Shown here: piece by piece, positions 38,307 to 47,987 of the stretch | Layout: the number at the start of each line of letters is the position of its first letter | How positions within the stretch are numbered: position 1 is the stretch's first letter | Source of the DNA: a virus | Lineage: Duplodnaviria; Caudoviricetes | Virus record (IMG/VR): IMGVR_UViG_3300033148_005213 | Span: 1 to 56,276 of that record | Length of the DNA: 56,276 nt | Direction: 5' to 3' (one strand) | Position numbers and translations under genes: made by a program | Notes under the pieces: generated by a model | What the model was told of the DNA's origin: nothing | Seen by the model: only the letters and a program-made list of their open reading frames with translations | Databases searched by the model: none

Positions 38307-41192
38307 TTACGCTTCTTCTACTGTTAAACCTTGTTCAGTCATTGTAATAACTACATTGAAATGTTCCAAAATTCCAGTTGGCACAAGATTAATATAAAGA
38401 GTCATTGTATCACTTGGCTCATTCTGAATAGTTGGGAAAATCAATTCACCTGATCTTAAACCTCTTCTTGCAACAATATCTTGTAAGAATGGATTTACAG
38501 CATCTCTAATTTTCTTTTTAACGATATCATCTTTAAATTTGAAATAAAGAGGAAATACATTATCCGCTATAAATCTTTCAATTTTAATTAACATCATTCT
38601 ATACGATAGAACTTGGAATAATCCATCTACTCTATAAGTCGTTTTATTAGAAAATAAAATTGGGTTATTTAGTCTAGGATTTATATAATTGAAGTTAATT
38701 GCATTCATACCCAAAGTTTCCCTTTGATCTTCAGTGGCAATAAATGTAAGTTTTATTTGATTATTTAATTCACCGTCCGGAATACCTGCAATTGGATACC
38801 AAGCACCTTTACCAGCATCTTGAAGAACTAACATTCTTGCAATATCACCAACAACTGGAACATATCTGAAAACATTATTGTAAATATCTTCAACATATTT
38901 CATGAATCCAAATGTTGCAGTATATTTTGAATATTTTGTAAAAGTACCTTGATAAATATTATCTCTATTGTTACCAAATTCATTTACAAGATTTTCTGTA
39001 ATTGCATCGCCAGTATTACCAATAAATAAAGATTCATCAAATGGTGCAACTATAGCAATACAATCAGCTCTTTTATTAGCAATTTCAGCAATTTTATCTT
39101 GATGATGATTTCCATATTCATCAATAGTTTCAAATGAAATTAGAATATCAACACCTACATTATCTTTATCATCAAATACGGCTGCACTTGAATTTAAATC
39201 AGATGTTTCAAGATTTGAATAATCAGTAATAGTAACACTTGAAGAGTTTTTAGGATCAGTATCATATACTTTCATATTAGCTACAGAAAAACCTTCAGAT
39301 GCATTGTCATTAGCAATATCATATGCTGCATCTCTTGGATTACCATATTTATTCATATTGGTAGAAACTTTACCACATAACGAATCATCAATTGTGGTGC
39401 TTGCTACAACATAAAGAAGTAAATCTTCAACAACTGTAATTGTTGTATTTCCACCCGCATAAGAAATTCCAGCAATAGTCAATTGGCCATCAACTCCAGC
39501 AGTTCCATCTATTGTAAAATCAGTGTAGTTTAGTTTTTCACCAATTTGGAAATTTTGCAAATCTTGAGTATTAACAACAATTTTATTTTCAGAAATATCT
39601 AAAGTTTCATCAGATTCACTAAATGTTTCATCAACAACTGTTTCAGACACAACTATAGTAGTTGCTAATGCAGTTGTTACACCATAATCATAAGAAACAA
39701 TTGTAAATGTATCATCATTTGAAGTTGTTTCCGCAATTGTAAACTGTTTTCCAATTTCCATAAATTCACTCAAATCTTGAGCAACAAATGTAAATGTCTT
39801 GGAAATTGCAACTGCTGCTGAAGTTGCACTTGAATTTGTATACTGATTAGTTGTTACACTTGTTACACTATATTCATTTGCTGTACCAACTTTCGCATAA
39901 ATATATTCAGAACCATCAAAAACAACTTTTTCAATTCCATAAGGATTGTTATTATCATCTCTTGCAGTTTGATCATATGAACCAATAAAATCTTCAACTT
40001 TTTCAAGTTTACCAAGATCATTAATTTTAAATACAAAAACCAAAACTTCATCATTTAAAAATTTAACATTGTCTTTAAAAATTTGTTTGAATGTTTTTAC
40101 TGAATTATCACTATTTAATAATGATCTATCGAAAATATTTTGTACTGCATATTCAGCTTTAGAATCACCATTTTCATCAACTGGGATATAATCATCCGTT
40201 AAAACGGCATTCCAAACAGTTCCTGACCATTGATAAACATTACCTTGCAATACAACGTAATATTTTTTACCAATTGCTACAGTTACTTCTGACCATGCAG
40301 AACCAGAATATTCTACTAGATCACCGTCAACAAATGCTTCGGTTGTTCTCCAATCACCCAACAAATATTTGAGCGTACCATCATCACCAGATGCAGAAAT
40401 AGTTTCATCAATAGTGATTGTGGTTTTGCCACCTACATATGTCATCGGTGTAGTAGTATCAACTGTAACAACCACATCAACATTTCCAGTATTGTTAAGA
40501 ATTAATTTATCTCCATCTTCTAAGATAGTTGTATAATCACCATTAACAATTACTGTTCCTGTGGTAGTTTCATCAACAACAGCCACATTTCTTAAGATTG
40601 TATATCTTTCAAATTGTTTCGGTAGTGCTGGTGCTTGTCCTGCATCAAAATCTCTAATTACTTCCATTTCTTCATTGAAGATTGGTTGATCATAATGATC
40701 TATATTAGAACACACTGCAACTACAAGATTTTGTTCAGCAGTTACATATCTATTTACGAATTGTAATTTGTAATTTGATGTGAATGTATCCAATGTAAAT
40801 TCAGCAACAGAAGTATTGTAAAAATCTTCACTTGGATTACTTAGAGTTCTTGGTTTAATGCTTGCATACCAAGAATTTGTTTTTAGTTTAGAAATACCTT
40901 TTAATTTAATTGAGGAATTATGCGCATTGGTAGGAATTGCTCTTACTACTTTACATTGTTTTCCGGAAAGTAGATAATCATGAAGATTAAACCAGTGTTT
41001 ATAATTATAATTATTTGGTTTTCCGAAAGTATTTATCAAATCTTCTACAGTATATAGATCAATTACTTCATCACCATATCCGTAGTCTGATGTTATTAAA
41101 CCACCTGCTATCATTCCACCTGTAATTGCTTCTTGTGGAAGAATTACTTGTTTTTCTTCGAATGTAGTTGATGGGCTATATTTAGTTGCCAT
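38307..41192 (-). CDS. gp18: Tail sheath protein with large insertions
   Basis: SP, FGKP..NY..WF, VVRA, R.DCIA, KYV.D.YN..FRYVP..GDIA, W..IAG, PFL..I..RRG. Confidence 0.92.
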   Translation of the reverse strand: MATKYSPSTTFEEKQVILPQEAITGGMIAGGLITSDYGYGDEVIDLYTVEDLINTFGKPNNYNYKHWFNLHDYLLSGKQCKVVRAIPTNAHNSSIKLKGISKLKTNSWYASIKPRTLSNPSEDFYNTSVAEFTLDTFTSNYKLQFVNRYVTAEQNLVVAVCSNIDHYDQPIFNEEMEVIRDFDAGQAPALPKQFERYTILRNVAVVDETTTGTVIVNGDYTTILEDGDKLILNNTGNVDVVVTVDTTTPMTYVGGKTTITIDETISASGDDGTLKYLLGDWRTTEAFVDGDLVEYSGSAWSEVTVAIGKKYYVVLQGNVYQWSGTVWNAVLTDDYIPVDENGDSKAEYAVQNIFDRSLLNSDNSVKTFKQIFKDNVKFLNDEVLVFVFKINDLGKLEKVEDFIGSYDQTARDDNNNPYGIEKVVFDGSEYIYAKVGTANEYSVTSVTTNQYTNSSATSAAVAISKTFTFVAQDLSEFMEIGKQFTIAETTSNDDTFTIVSYDYGVTTALATTIVVSETVVDETFSESDETLDISENKIVVNTQDLQNFQIGEKLNYTDFTIDGTAGVDGQLTIAGISYAGGNTTITVVEDLLLYVVASTTIDDSLCGKVSTNMNKYGNPRDAAYDIANDNASEGFSVANMKVYDTDPKNSSSVTITDYSNLETSDLNSSAAVFDDKDNVGVDILISFETIDEYGNHHQDKIAEIANKRADCIAIVAPFDESLFIGNTGDAITENLVNEFGNNRDNIYQGTFTKYSKYTATFGFMKYVEDIYNNVFRYVPVVGDIARMLVLQDAGKGAWYPIAGIPDGELNNQIKLTFIATEDQRETLGMNAINFNYINPRLNNPILFSNKTTYRVDGLFQVLSYRMMLIKIERFIADNVFPLYFKFKDDIVKKKIRDAVNPFLQDIVARRGLRSGELIFPTIQNEPSDTMTLYINLVPTGILEHFNVVITMTEQGLTVEEA

Positions 41193-41255
41193 TATATTAT
41201 TACTCCTATATTATAAGATGTGTTTTTATTATATTTATATTTTAAGAAATTAACT

Positions 41256-43991
41256 TTATATTTCCTGTATTTCTATATTTGATTCTTGCACTGAAACCAA
41301 TATATCAACTGTTCTCAATATATCAACAAATTCAAGTGAAATTTTAACATTCAATTTTGATGATTGTGCTTTTAAATTAACTGTATAATTTTTCTTAATT
41401 AAACCATTTCTATAAAGTTTCTGAAAATATGATTGTAACAATGTTTCAATGTTTTCAATTCTATCATTAGACAATAACTTTAAAATTTGCTTAAAAAATA
41501 GTTGTCTTAAATCATTTTTAATCATGTTCAAAGTTTTTCTTTTGTGAAATTCTCTAAAGATTGAATCTAAATTTGTCACTGTAGTTATACTATCAAAAAC
41601 AATTGCTTCCTTTAAATTATTATATATAATATTATTGATACCATTTCTATTTAACTTTTTCCTGTTATCAAATTTTGAAATGTTGAATAAAAGTTTTGAA
41701 ACATTTTGCAATTCATTATCATAACCAACTCCTGAAGTCAATTCATTTTGAATTAGATTTCCAGCAACATCACCATTGATAGGAATCCAATGATATTGAT
41801 TCAGATATTTATCATATTGCAATCCCATATTTCCAAAAAATCCAGCATATTCAGAAAATAGTTGAGTTTTAGCAGTTGATATATGATCAGCATTTCCAAA
41901 GTTATTTAATATTTCTGTAGTTATTTCATCTTCTGTTTTACCAAAGAATGTTGATTCTTCCCATACACTATTGATAGCAAGTGAATTTTCACGTTCTTTT
42001 GCTATCTTGGACATAATGTCCAAGTCATAAATTGAAGTGTCAGAATAAGCTTTAAAGCCCATTAAATAATCTATAATGTAAGAATCTTTGTCTAAGTATA
42101 ATTTTGCTGTTTCATAACATTCATTATATGTATAATAATTTATATTTGAATAATTTTTTGTTGTATCTACTTCAATAGTCAAATCAACAATTGAATAATT
42201 CTTAGTGTTTACTCCATCACCTGAAGAAACTGATGAATTTAATTTTGCATAAATATAATTTGAATTTTCATATACATAAATTTCTGATTTTTGACTATAA
42301 TCAAGAACAAATGTTTCCTTCAATTCATATTTGTCATCTTGATTCTTTTTAAATACTGCTAATACAAATTCACCATTTAAAAAATCTGGTTTAGTATCAA
42401 ATATTTGAGCATAAGTTCTAATTCCTTCAAATCCAACTATTTCAGATGAATAATAATCCAAAATAGCAGTATTTCTATCAATTTCAATAAATCCTAGAGT
42501 TGTTTCAGTAAATACAGATGTTAAATATGAATAAACTTTATTATCATTTTTCACAAAATAATTATTGTTATCAACTAGTAAAGTAGTATTCTTTTCCCAT
42601 AAAGTATTTGTTTCATTATATTCCCACACTTCCCCGTTTGAACCATGTTCTAAAACAGAACCTAAAGTTCCTCCTAAACCCTGATCAATATCATTCCAAT
42701 CATCTGCTAAATAATACAATGTAACAGGAACTGAAGGAGTAAACGTGGAATCAATTATAATTGAAGTTGTATCAGATTGTATTGCTAAAAAATTACTATC
42801 AGTAACTTCATCAAAAGCATTGACAATATATGATGTTGTTATTTCAGTTTTATCTTCAGTATCATTATATGAAATTGCTGAAATTGTATAATTAGTTTCA
42901 TCATCTTTAATATTAACAATTTCACTAGTATTCAAATATTGATGATTTCCTAGTAATAAAAATTTTGGGGCAACTCCAGTAACAAAATCAGGTTTTACTG
43001 TAATAGTCAATCTATCAGTACTATCACCATTTATTTCAATATTTTCTAAATCAATTTCACCATCAAGATCATATAATTCAATAGTTCCAGCAGCATCACC
43101 ACCTCCCCAAGTTCCCGAAGTTACATCTACTGAATAAACTGTACCAGATTTTGTTGAAGTTAAACCAGTTAAAATATCACCAAGAACTGGTTCAACTGAT
43201 CCCGAATTAAAACTATATGAAAAAACAATTTCAACTGATTCTTCTCTATAACCATTATAAGTTACTCCATCAACTGAAATTTGCCTTAAAATATCTTGTG
43301 GAGTATCATCAATTAAACGAATATATTTTTCAGATTCAATGTGCGATCTATTTCCTGACAATACTAGAAATGTATTTGCAGTTCCATTATCAGAATAAAT
43401 ATCATTAGCTGTTAGACTATGTTCATCAAACTTTATAACATATCTATTAATATACGCTGTTGAAATTGTATTATATTGATAAACATCCAAATCTCTTATA
43501 GTGGAAATTTGTTCGTCAGTAATTGGTAATTCCCAATCAGTTTCATTATCAACCACAGTTATAGCAACTTTTGATTCATCTTCAACATATCTATTAAAAA
43601 TTTCCATTGAATAATCTGATAAAGTTGTATTGAATACTAAATTTTGAGAAAGATCATAATTATATAAATTTGTATTTTCAACATTATTTAATTTAGTTGA
43701 TTCACCAGTTAATTTTATTGAATAATTTATATCAGTAGTTTTTACTGGTCTTACAACGTAAATTCCTTGGTTAGTATAAGATAAATAATTTGCAATTTGC
43801 CACCAATATTTTGCATTATCTAAATTTGGATATCCAAATTTAAAAATGAAATTATCTAAATTTTCAACTATTTCAATTTGATTTCCATAATTTGTTGAAC
43901 AAGGCAAAAGTGAAGCACATTTAATGTCCAAATTTTCAGTTTGTTGTTCAATTACTTCTTTTATGATTATTCTTGGAGTGAATGCTCTCAT
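41256..43991 (-). CDS. gp18: Tail-sheath paralog with insertions
   Basis: FGYP..N..YW....NYLSY....YVVR, QYDKY.....WIP.NGDVAG, L...GIN. Confidence 0.85.
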   Translation of the reverse strand: MRAFTPRIIIKEVIEQQTENLDIKCASLLPCSTNYGNQIEIVENLDNFIFKFGYPNLDNAKYWWQIANYLSYTNQGIYVVRPVKTTDINYSIKLTGESTKLNNVENTNLYNYDLSQNLVFNTTLSDYSMEIFNRYVEDESKVAITVVDNETDWELPITDEQISTIRDLDVYQYNTISTAYINRYVIKFDEHSLTANDIYSDNGTANTFLVLSGNRSHIESEKYIRLIDDTPQDILRQISVDGVTYNGYREESVEIVFSYSFNSGSVEPVLGDILTGLTSTKSGTVYSVDVTSGTWGGGDAAGTIELYDLDGEIDLENIEINGDSTDRLTITVKPDFVTGVAPKFLLLGNHQYLNTSEIVNIKDDETNYTISAISYNDTEDKTEITTSYIVNAFDEVTDSNFLAIQSDTTSIIIDSTFTPSVPVTLYYLADDWNDIDQGLGGTLGSVLEHGSNGEVWEYNETNTLWEKNTTLLVDNNNYFVKNDNKVYSYLTSVFTETTLGFIEIDRNTAILDYYSSEIVGFEGIRTYAQIFDTKPDFLNGEFVLAVFKKNQDDKYELKETFVLDYSQKSEIYVYENSNYIYAKLNSSVSSGDGVNTKNYSIVDLTIEVDTTKNYSNINYYTYNECYETAKLYLDKDSYIIDYLMGFKAYSDTSIYDLDIMSKIAKERENSLAINSVWEESTFFGKTEDEITTEILNNFGNADHISTAKTQLFSEYAGFFGNMGLQYDKYLNQYHWIPINGDVAGNLIQNELTSGVGYDNELQNVSKLLFNISKFDNRKKLNRNGINNIIYNNLKEAIVFDSITTVTNLDSIFREFHKRKTLNMIKNDLRQLFFKQILKLLSNDRIENIETLLQSYFQKLYRNGLIKKNYTVNLKAQSSKLNVKISLEFVDILRTVDILVSVQESNIEIQEI

Positions 43992-43999
43992 TAATTATC

Positions 44000-44287
44000 C
44001 TATATATTGTAAACGACTTCACCAAAATAAACTGCTTTATTTGGATCATATTCATTATCTTCATTTTTCAAAAACATTATATATACAAAAGAATCTTTTT
44101 CAGGCATGTATCCAGTTTGAAATGGTTTTCTATTTCCATCTTCTACCCATATACCATATTCCAAATCTGTAAAATTATCATTAGTATCATGTATGCTAAT
44201 AACTCTGACAAAAATTCTTTGTCTTTTTAGTTCTTCATCAATATCTTGTTTTAGAACTTTTGCAGTATGTATTCCTGATAAATCCAT
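44000..44287 (-). CDS. Stand-alone gp5 N-terminal OB-fold-like protein
   Basis: R..VRV..IH...W...P...S.V..MF.....P....G; next to the hub gene. Confidence 0.6.
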   Translation of the reverse strand: MDLSGIHTAKVLKQDIDEELKRQRIFVRVISIHDTNDNFTDLEYGIWVEDGNRKPFQTGYMPEKDSFVYIMFLKNEDNEYDPNKAVYFGEVVYNI

Positions 44288-44316
44288 TATTCTTTTTTTA
44301 CTATATTTATATTTTT

Positions 44317-45447
44317 TTAAATACTTATTCCAAATTTTGATAATGTTAATTTTTGTTCATAATAATCAGTTGATAAATTATGTTCTATTTCATGAATATT
44401 ATATATTCCAGATAATTTCTGATCTTCAACTACACCATCATCATCATGTCTATAACTGACTAGAAATACATTATATCCCAATTTTCTATTGTAATCACCC
44501 AGACTTTCTAATTGAATAATAAATGAACTATTTAAAACATTATAATATTTTCTGCTACTTATTTGGTTTAATTCAGTATCATTTGAAAATGGGATATATA
44601 TTTTTTTACTATATTTATTATTTTGATAATCTTTATTCAACAAAAAATTATCATATTTTGCTTTTTCAGAATTTATTACTTGTGAAACTTTTTTATTTGA
44701 TTTTATTATTTCACCAATACAAACATCAAACGTAGATGCATCAACAAAACCATTTCCTTTATTCAACTGTTCTAATAAATCATACTGTTGAATTATTTCC
44801 AGATTTTGTATTTTACCAATAAACTCTTCATTTTTAGAATTTTGGAGTAATGGATAATCAACACTTCCATAATTCCCTTCATTTAGATAAGTATAATTAA
44901 CCAAATTCATTTTTTGATTAAACATATTTGGAAAAAGTAAAAAACCTGCCTTGTTATTATAATCAGCACATTTTTTTCTTAAATAATTCAAAGATTGATA
45001 TATAGACCATGTGGGTAATGTTGTTGTGAAATTTCCTAAAGTATCAACAACATTATCAGTATCAATTTCAACATATTTCAATAATTTTTTAATCATTCTA
45101 CTATATGACATATTTTTATAAGTAGTTGAACGATTTCCATTATAAATTTCGGGTCCAAATGAACTACAAAATTTTAATTGTTGAATATTGTTCCCTTGAC
45201 TTTTTTCTTTTTCAATAGCATAGATTACAAAACTCAATAACAATTGTTTATCTTCAATTTTATCGTATACGATAAAATTAATGTAAACTTTTTTATTGTT
45301 AATGACTTGCGTTTCGAAATCTACATCAAAATTATACAAGTTTATTTCACCTTCAATTATAGGTGAAAAAATTGATTCCCTTATAACAACATCTTTAATA
45401 TTATTGATTGGAAATACTATGTCATTTATTAGACAATTTATTAACAT
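44317..45447 (-). CDS. Baseplate hub protein (gp27-like)
   Basis: I.ESIFSP...G.I start, SG.Y.I..I.H end; baseplate context. Confidence 0.6.
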   Translation of the reverse strand: MLINCLINDIVFPINNIKDVVIRESIFSPIIEGEINLYNFDVDFETQVINNKKVYINFIVYDKIEDKQLLLSFVIYAIEKEKSQGNNIQQLKFCSSFGPEIYNGNRSTTYKNMSYSRMIKKLLKYVEIDTDNVVDTLGNFTTTLPTWSIYQSLNYLRKKCADYNNKAGFLLFPNMFNQKMNLVNYTYLNEGNYGSVDYPLLQNSKNEEFIGKIQNLEIIQQYDLLEQLNKGNGFVDASTFDVCIGEIIKSNKKVSQVINSEKAKYDNFLLNKDYQNNKYSKKIYIPFSNDTELNQISSRKYYNVLNSSFIIQLESLGDYNRKLGYNVFLVSYRHDDDGVVEDQKLSGIYNIHEIEHNLSTDYYEQKLTLSKFGISI

Positions 45448-45926
45448 TATTCGTTTGCACTTATTTTATTATAAATTTCTCTCAACACCAAATACAAATA
45501 ATCTTTTTTAACTACTTTGAAATTTGTCTTTAATTCATTAACTCTTTTTAAAATATTATAATATGTATCATAACTATATTTATATTCATTATCATACAAT
45601 TCTTGGACCATTTGTTTTATTTTAAGACTTGACATTGGGAAATCATACATTGATTTTCTATTAATCAATAAATTAACCCACCAAAAATCAACACTTCCAT
45701 ATAATTTTACTGACAATGTTTCAGGTCTTTCCTCAGAATTTAATATATAATCTTCAGTATAATTTTCTAGAATAACATCAAAATTAATATCAGTAAATGC
45801 ATAAATATTTAACATTTCAAATGTAATTGGCTGAACGTTAGAATATTCTATATTATTGTCATAATTAAATTCCGAAATGTCTAGTTCAATACTTTTGAAA
45901 TAATCAAAATAATTTTCTATAGACAT
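45447..45926 (-). CDS. gp53: Baseplate wedge protein
   Basis: ERPETLS.KLYGS...WW..LL.N...DFP. Confidence 0.85.
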   Translation of the reverse strand: MSIENYFDYFKSIELDISEFNYDNNIEYSNVQPITFEMLNIYAFTDINFDVILENYTEDYILNSEERPETLSVKLYGSVDFWWVNLLINRKSMYDFPMSSLKIKQMVQELYDNEYKYSYDTYYNILKRVNELKTNFKVVKKDYLYLVLREIYNKISANE

Positions 45927-46433
45927 TTATGTTTCCTCCAAATCAAGATAAAACTTTACATTTACATCTGTATTTGCTAATTCATGTATTTCTTTGGATT
46001 TTAGAAACTTTACATATAAATCATTTGTCATATGTGCTTCAATTTCCCATGGTGATGTTTTATAAATACCTATTGGATCTTTTCCATAATTTTTATTTTT
46101 CCAGATAATTTCATTTTCTTTATTCAAAGATAATTCACCATTTGCAATTTGTTTAACATGTATCATTTCATGGACAATTGAATTTAACATAAAATTTGTT
46201 CCACCATATTCAATTTTTATTTTAAATGTTTTTGGCACGTTATTTGTTAATTTAATAAATCCAAATTCCTTTTTCATTTTTTTATATATTGACATTTCAA
46301 TATTGATATTTGATTTAATATTTAGTTGATTCTTAAAATATTCAATTGCTAACTTATAAAGTGGAAAATATATTTTACTCACTTGTCCTTTTATCATTAT
46401 TTTTTCATTAATATATTGTAAAAAAGTTATCAT
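45927..46433 (-). CDS. Zn metallopeptidase-like protein, possibly virion-packaged
   Basis: HEMIHVKQ...PWEIEA; MITFLQYINE start. Confidence 0.7.
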   Translation of the reverse strand: MITFLQYINEKIMIKGQVSKIYFPLYKLAIEYFKNQLNIKSNINIEMSIYKKMKKEFGFIKLTNNVPKTFKIKIEYGGTNFMLNSIVHEMIHVKQIANGELSLNKENEIIWKNKNYGKDPIGIYKTSPWEIEAHMTNDLYVKFLKSKEIHELANTDVNVKFYLDLEET

Positions 46434-47401
46434 TATTTCCATCCTAAAATATCTTTAACTCTTGTCTGAACTGTTTTTTCTCGATCAAATATTTTTTCAG
46501 TTGATGTAAAACTAAGAGATAATTTATAACCTAAAAAAGACCCATCATATTTGGCTTTTAAATCAGAATTGTTTCCAGATATTGGAACCAAACTAAAAGT
46601 AGTCATACCCAAATTTTCAAAATCTGTATACAATTTCAATAACTTATCTCCTTTATTAGATACTACAGCACTATCTATATCTTGTTGAGCACTTGCATTG
46701 AATTTTACTTTAATATCGAATAATGCTGGAAATTCAAAAAATTCACCGTCAGCAGATTTTGGAACAACACCTTGTTTTAATATATTCAGTGCTTTTATAA
46801 TTGCAAAAGATGATTCTGAATTGTTTGGATTAAACTCAAAATTTAATGTTTGATCTAAAAATGATGGTTGAAATAGTTTTATTTCAAATGGAGACAATCC
46901 AACATTGTTAAAAGATTCGATTTGATTTTTTAGTAATGTATATTGATTCGACAATGCTGATCCAACAACTCCGCCAAGTGCTCCTCCAATTCCAGCAACA
47001 GCAGTTTCAATAACTTTTGCAGTGCTTATTAATTGTGTTGATTGCCAATCACCTTGCAATGATAAAGATAAATCAGATGGAACATATGTTAAAAATTTAA
47101 AAATTTCGTGTCCTTCTAAAGGTTTAATTTCTTTTCCATTTTTTCCAAGTTTCTTAGCATCATTCAGAGCACCTGTTATATCACTAAGAGCTTTTTTGAA
47201 ATCGCCTTTTCCAGATAGTGCTCCTTTAGCATTTTCCCATGCAGATGTTACAATATTTCCAGTGTAATTTTTCATCAATGAACCCAACTTAGAAAAACCT
47301 TCAGTATCAGTTGAAAGTGCTTTCATAGTAATTTCAAGATATACATTTAAATCGTTAAAATCATTTCCATTTGGAAAATATAGTTTTGGTGTACTTGCCA
47401 T
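46433..47401 (-). CDS. Baseplate tail-tube cap / initiator (gp48-like)
   Basis: P.E..LF.....F.F.P.N..ES..I..I pattern; final LSLSF; late promoter. Confidence 0.6.
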   Translation of the reverse strand: MASTPKLYFPNGNDFNDLNVYLEITMKALSTDTEGFSKLGSLMKNYTGNIVTSAWENAKGALSGKGDFKKALSDITGALNDAKKLGKNGKEIKPLEGHEIFKFLTYVPSDLSLSLQGDWQSTQLISTAKVIETAVAGIGGALGGVVGSALSNQYTLLKNQIESFNNVGLSPFEIKLFQPSFLDQTLNFEFNPNNSESSFAIIKALNILKQGVVPKSADGEFFEFPALFDIKVKFNASAQQDIDSAVVSNKGDKLLKLYTDFENLGMTTFSLVPISGNNSDLKAKYDGSFLGYKLSLSFTSTEKIFDREKTVQTRVKDILGWK

Positions 47402-47522
47402 TTATTTATTGCTCATAGTTTTTATTATATTTATATTTTGTAAAATAAATGTTGCTATTTTAACATATATTTTGTAACTTTAATTTATAAGCAAGTAACA
47501 AACAAAAAATGAGAGGCAAAAG

Positions 47523-47861
47523 ATGACTAAACTTCTTCAAAATGCAATTAAACGTGCTAAACAGAACTGTGAATGGGGATATAATGATAATGAAGTATTT
47601 ACATCGCATCAATTAGCAAAAATACTACTAGAAAATGATGATGCAATAATTTCATTCAATTGTGTAACAGATTACACATCTTTGTATGACTGCCCATATC
47701 AAGGTAGTTTGAAAATCTCTAAAGGATTAGTTAAAGGAGTTCCGATCATAACAATTGGAACTCATCAATTAACTGATCCAAATGAAAAATATCCACATAA
47801 TGGAATAAGAAAATTTAAATGGATTTTTAATTCAGATAATGAAAATGAAAATGATGATTAA
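47523..47861 (+). CDS. Accessory hypothetical protein on the opposite strand in the baseplate cluster
   Basis: GAGG SD, own early promoter 47452-47480. Confidence 0.7.
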   Translation: MTKLLQNAIKRAKQNCEWGYNDNEVFTSHQLAKILLENDDAIISFNCVTDYTSLYDCPYQGSLKISKGLVKGVPIITIGTHQLTDPNEKYPHNGIRKFKWIFNSDNENENDD

Positions 47862-47897
47862 TAAAAATTACTTACAAATAAAAAAGCTTTAATACAA

Positions 47898-47965
47898 TTA
47901 AACAACAAAACTATTTCTAATGATGTATGTCATCAAAGGAAATAGTTTTGTTGTTTTTAAAGGGC
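47898..47965 (+). repeat. Conserved 3' hairpin element, copy 3
   Basis: 18-bp stem AAACAACAAAACTATTTC/GAAATAGTTTTGTTGTTT followed by TTAAAGGGC. Confidence 0.85.
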
Positions 47966-47987
47966 TGGATTTGCTTAGACAAAGAAA

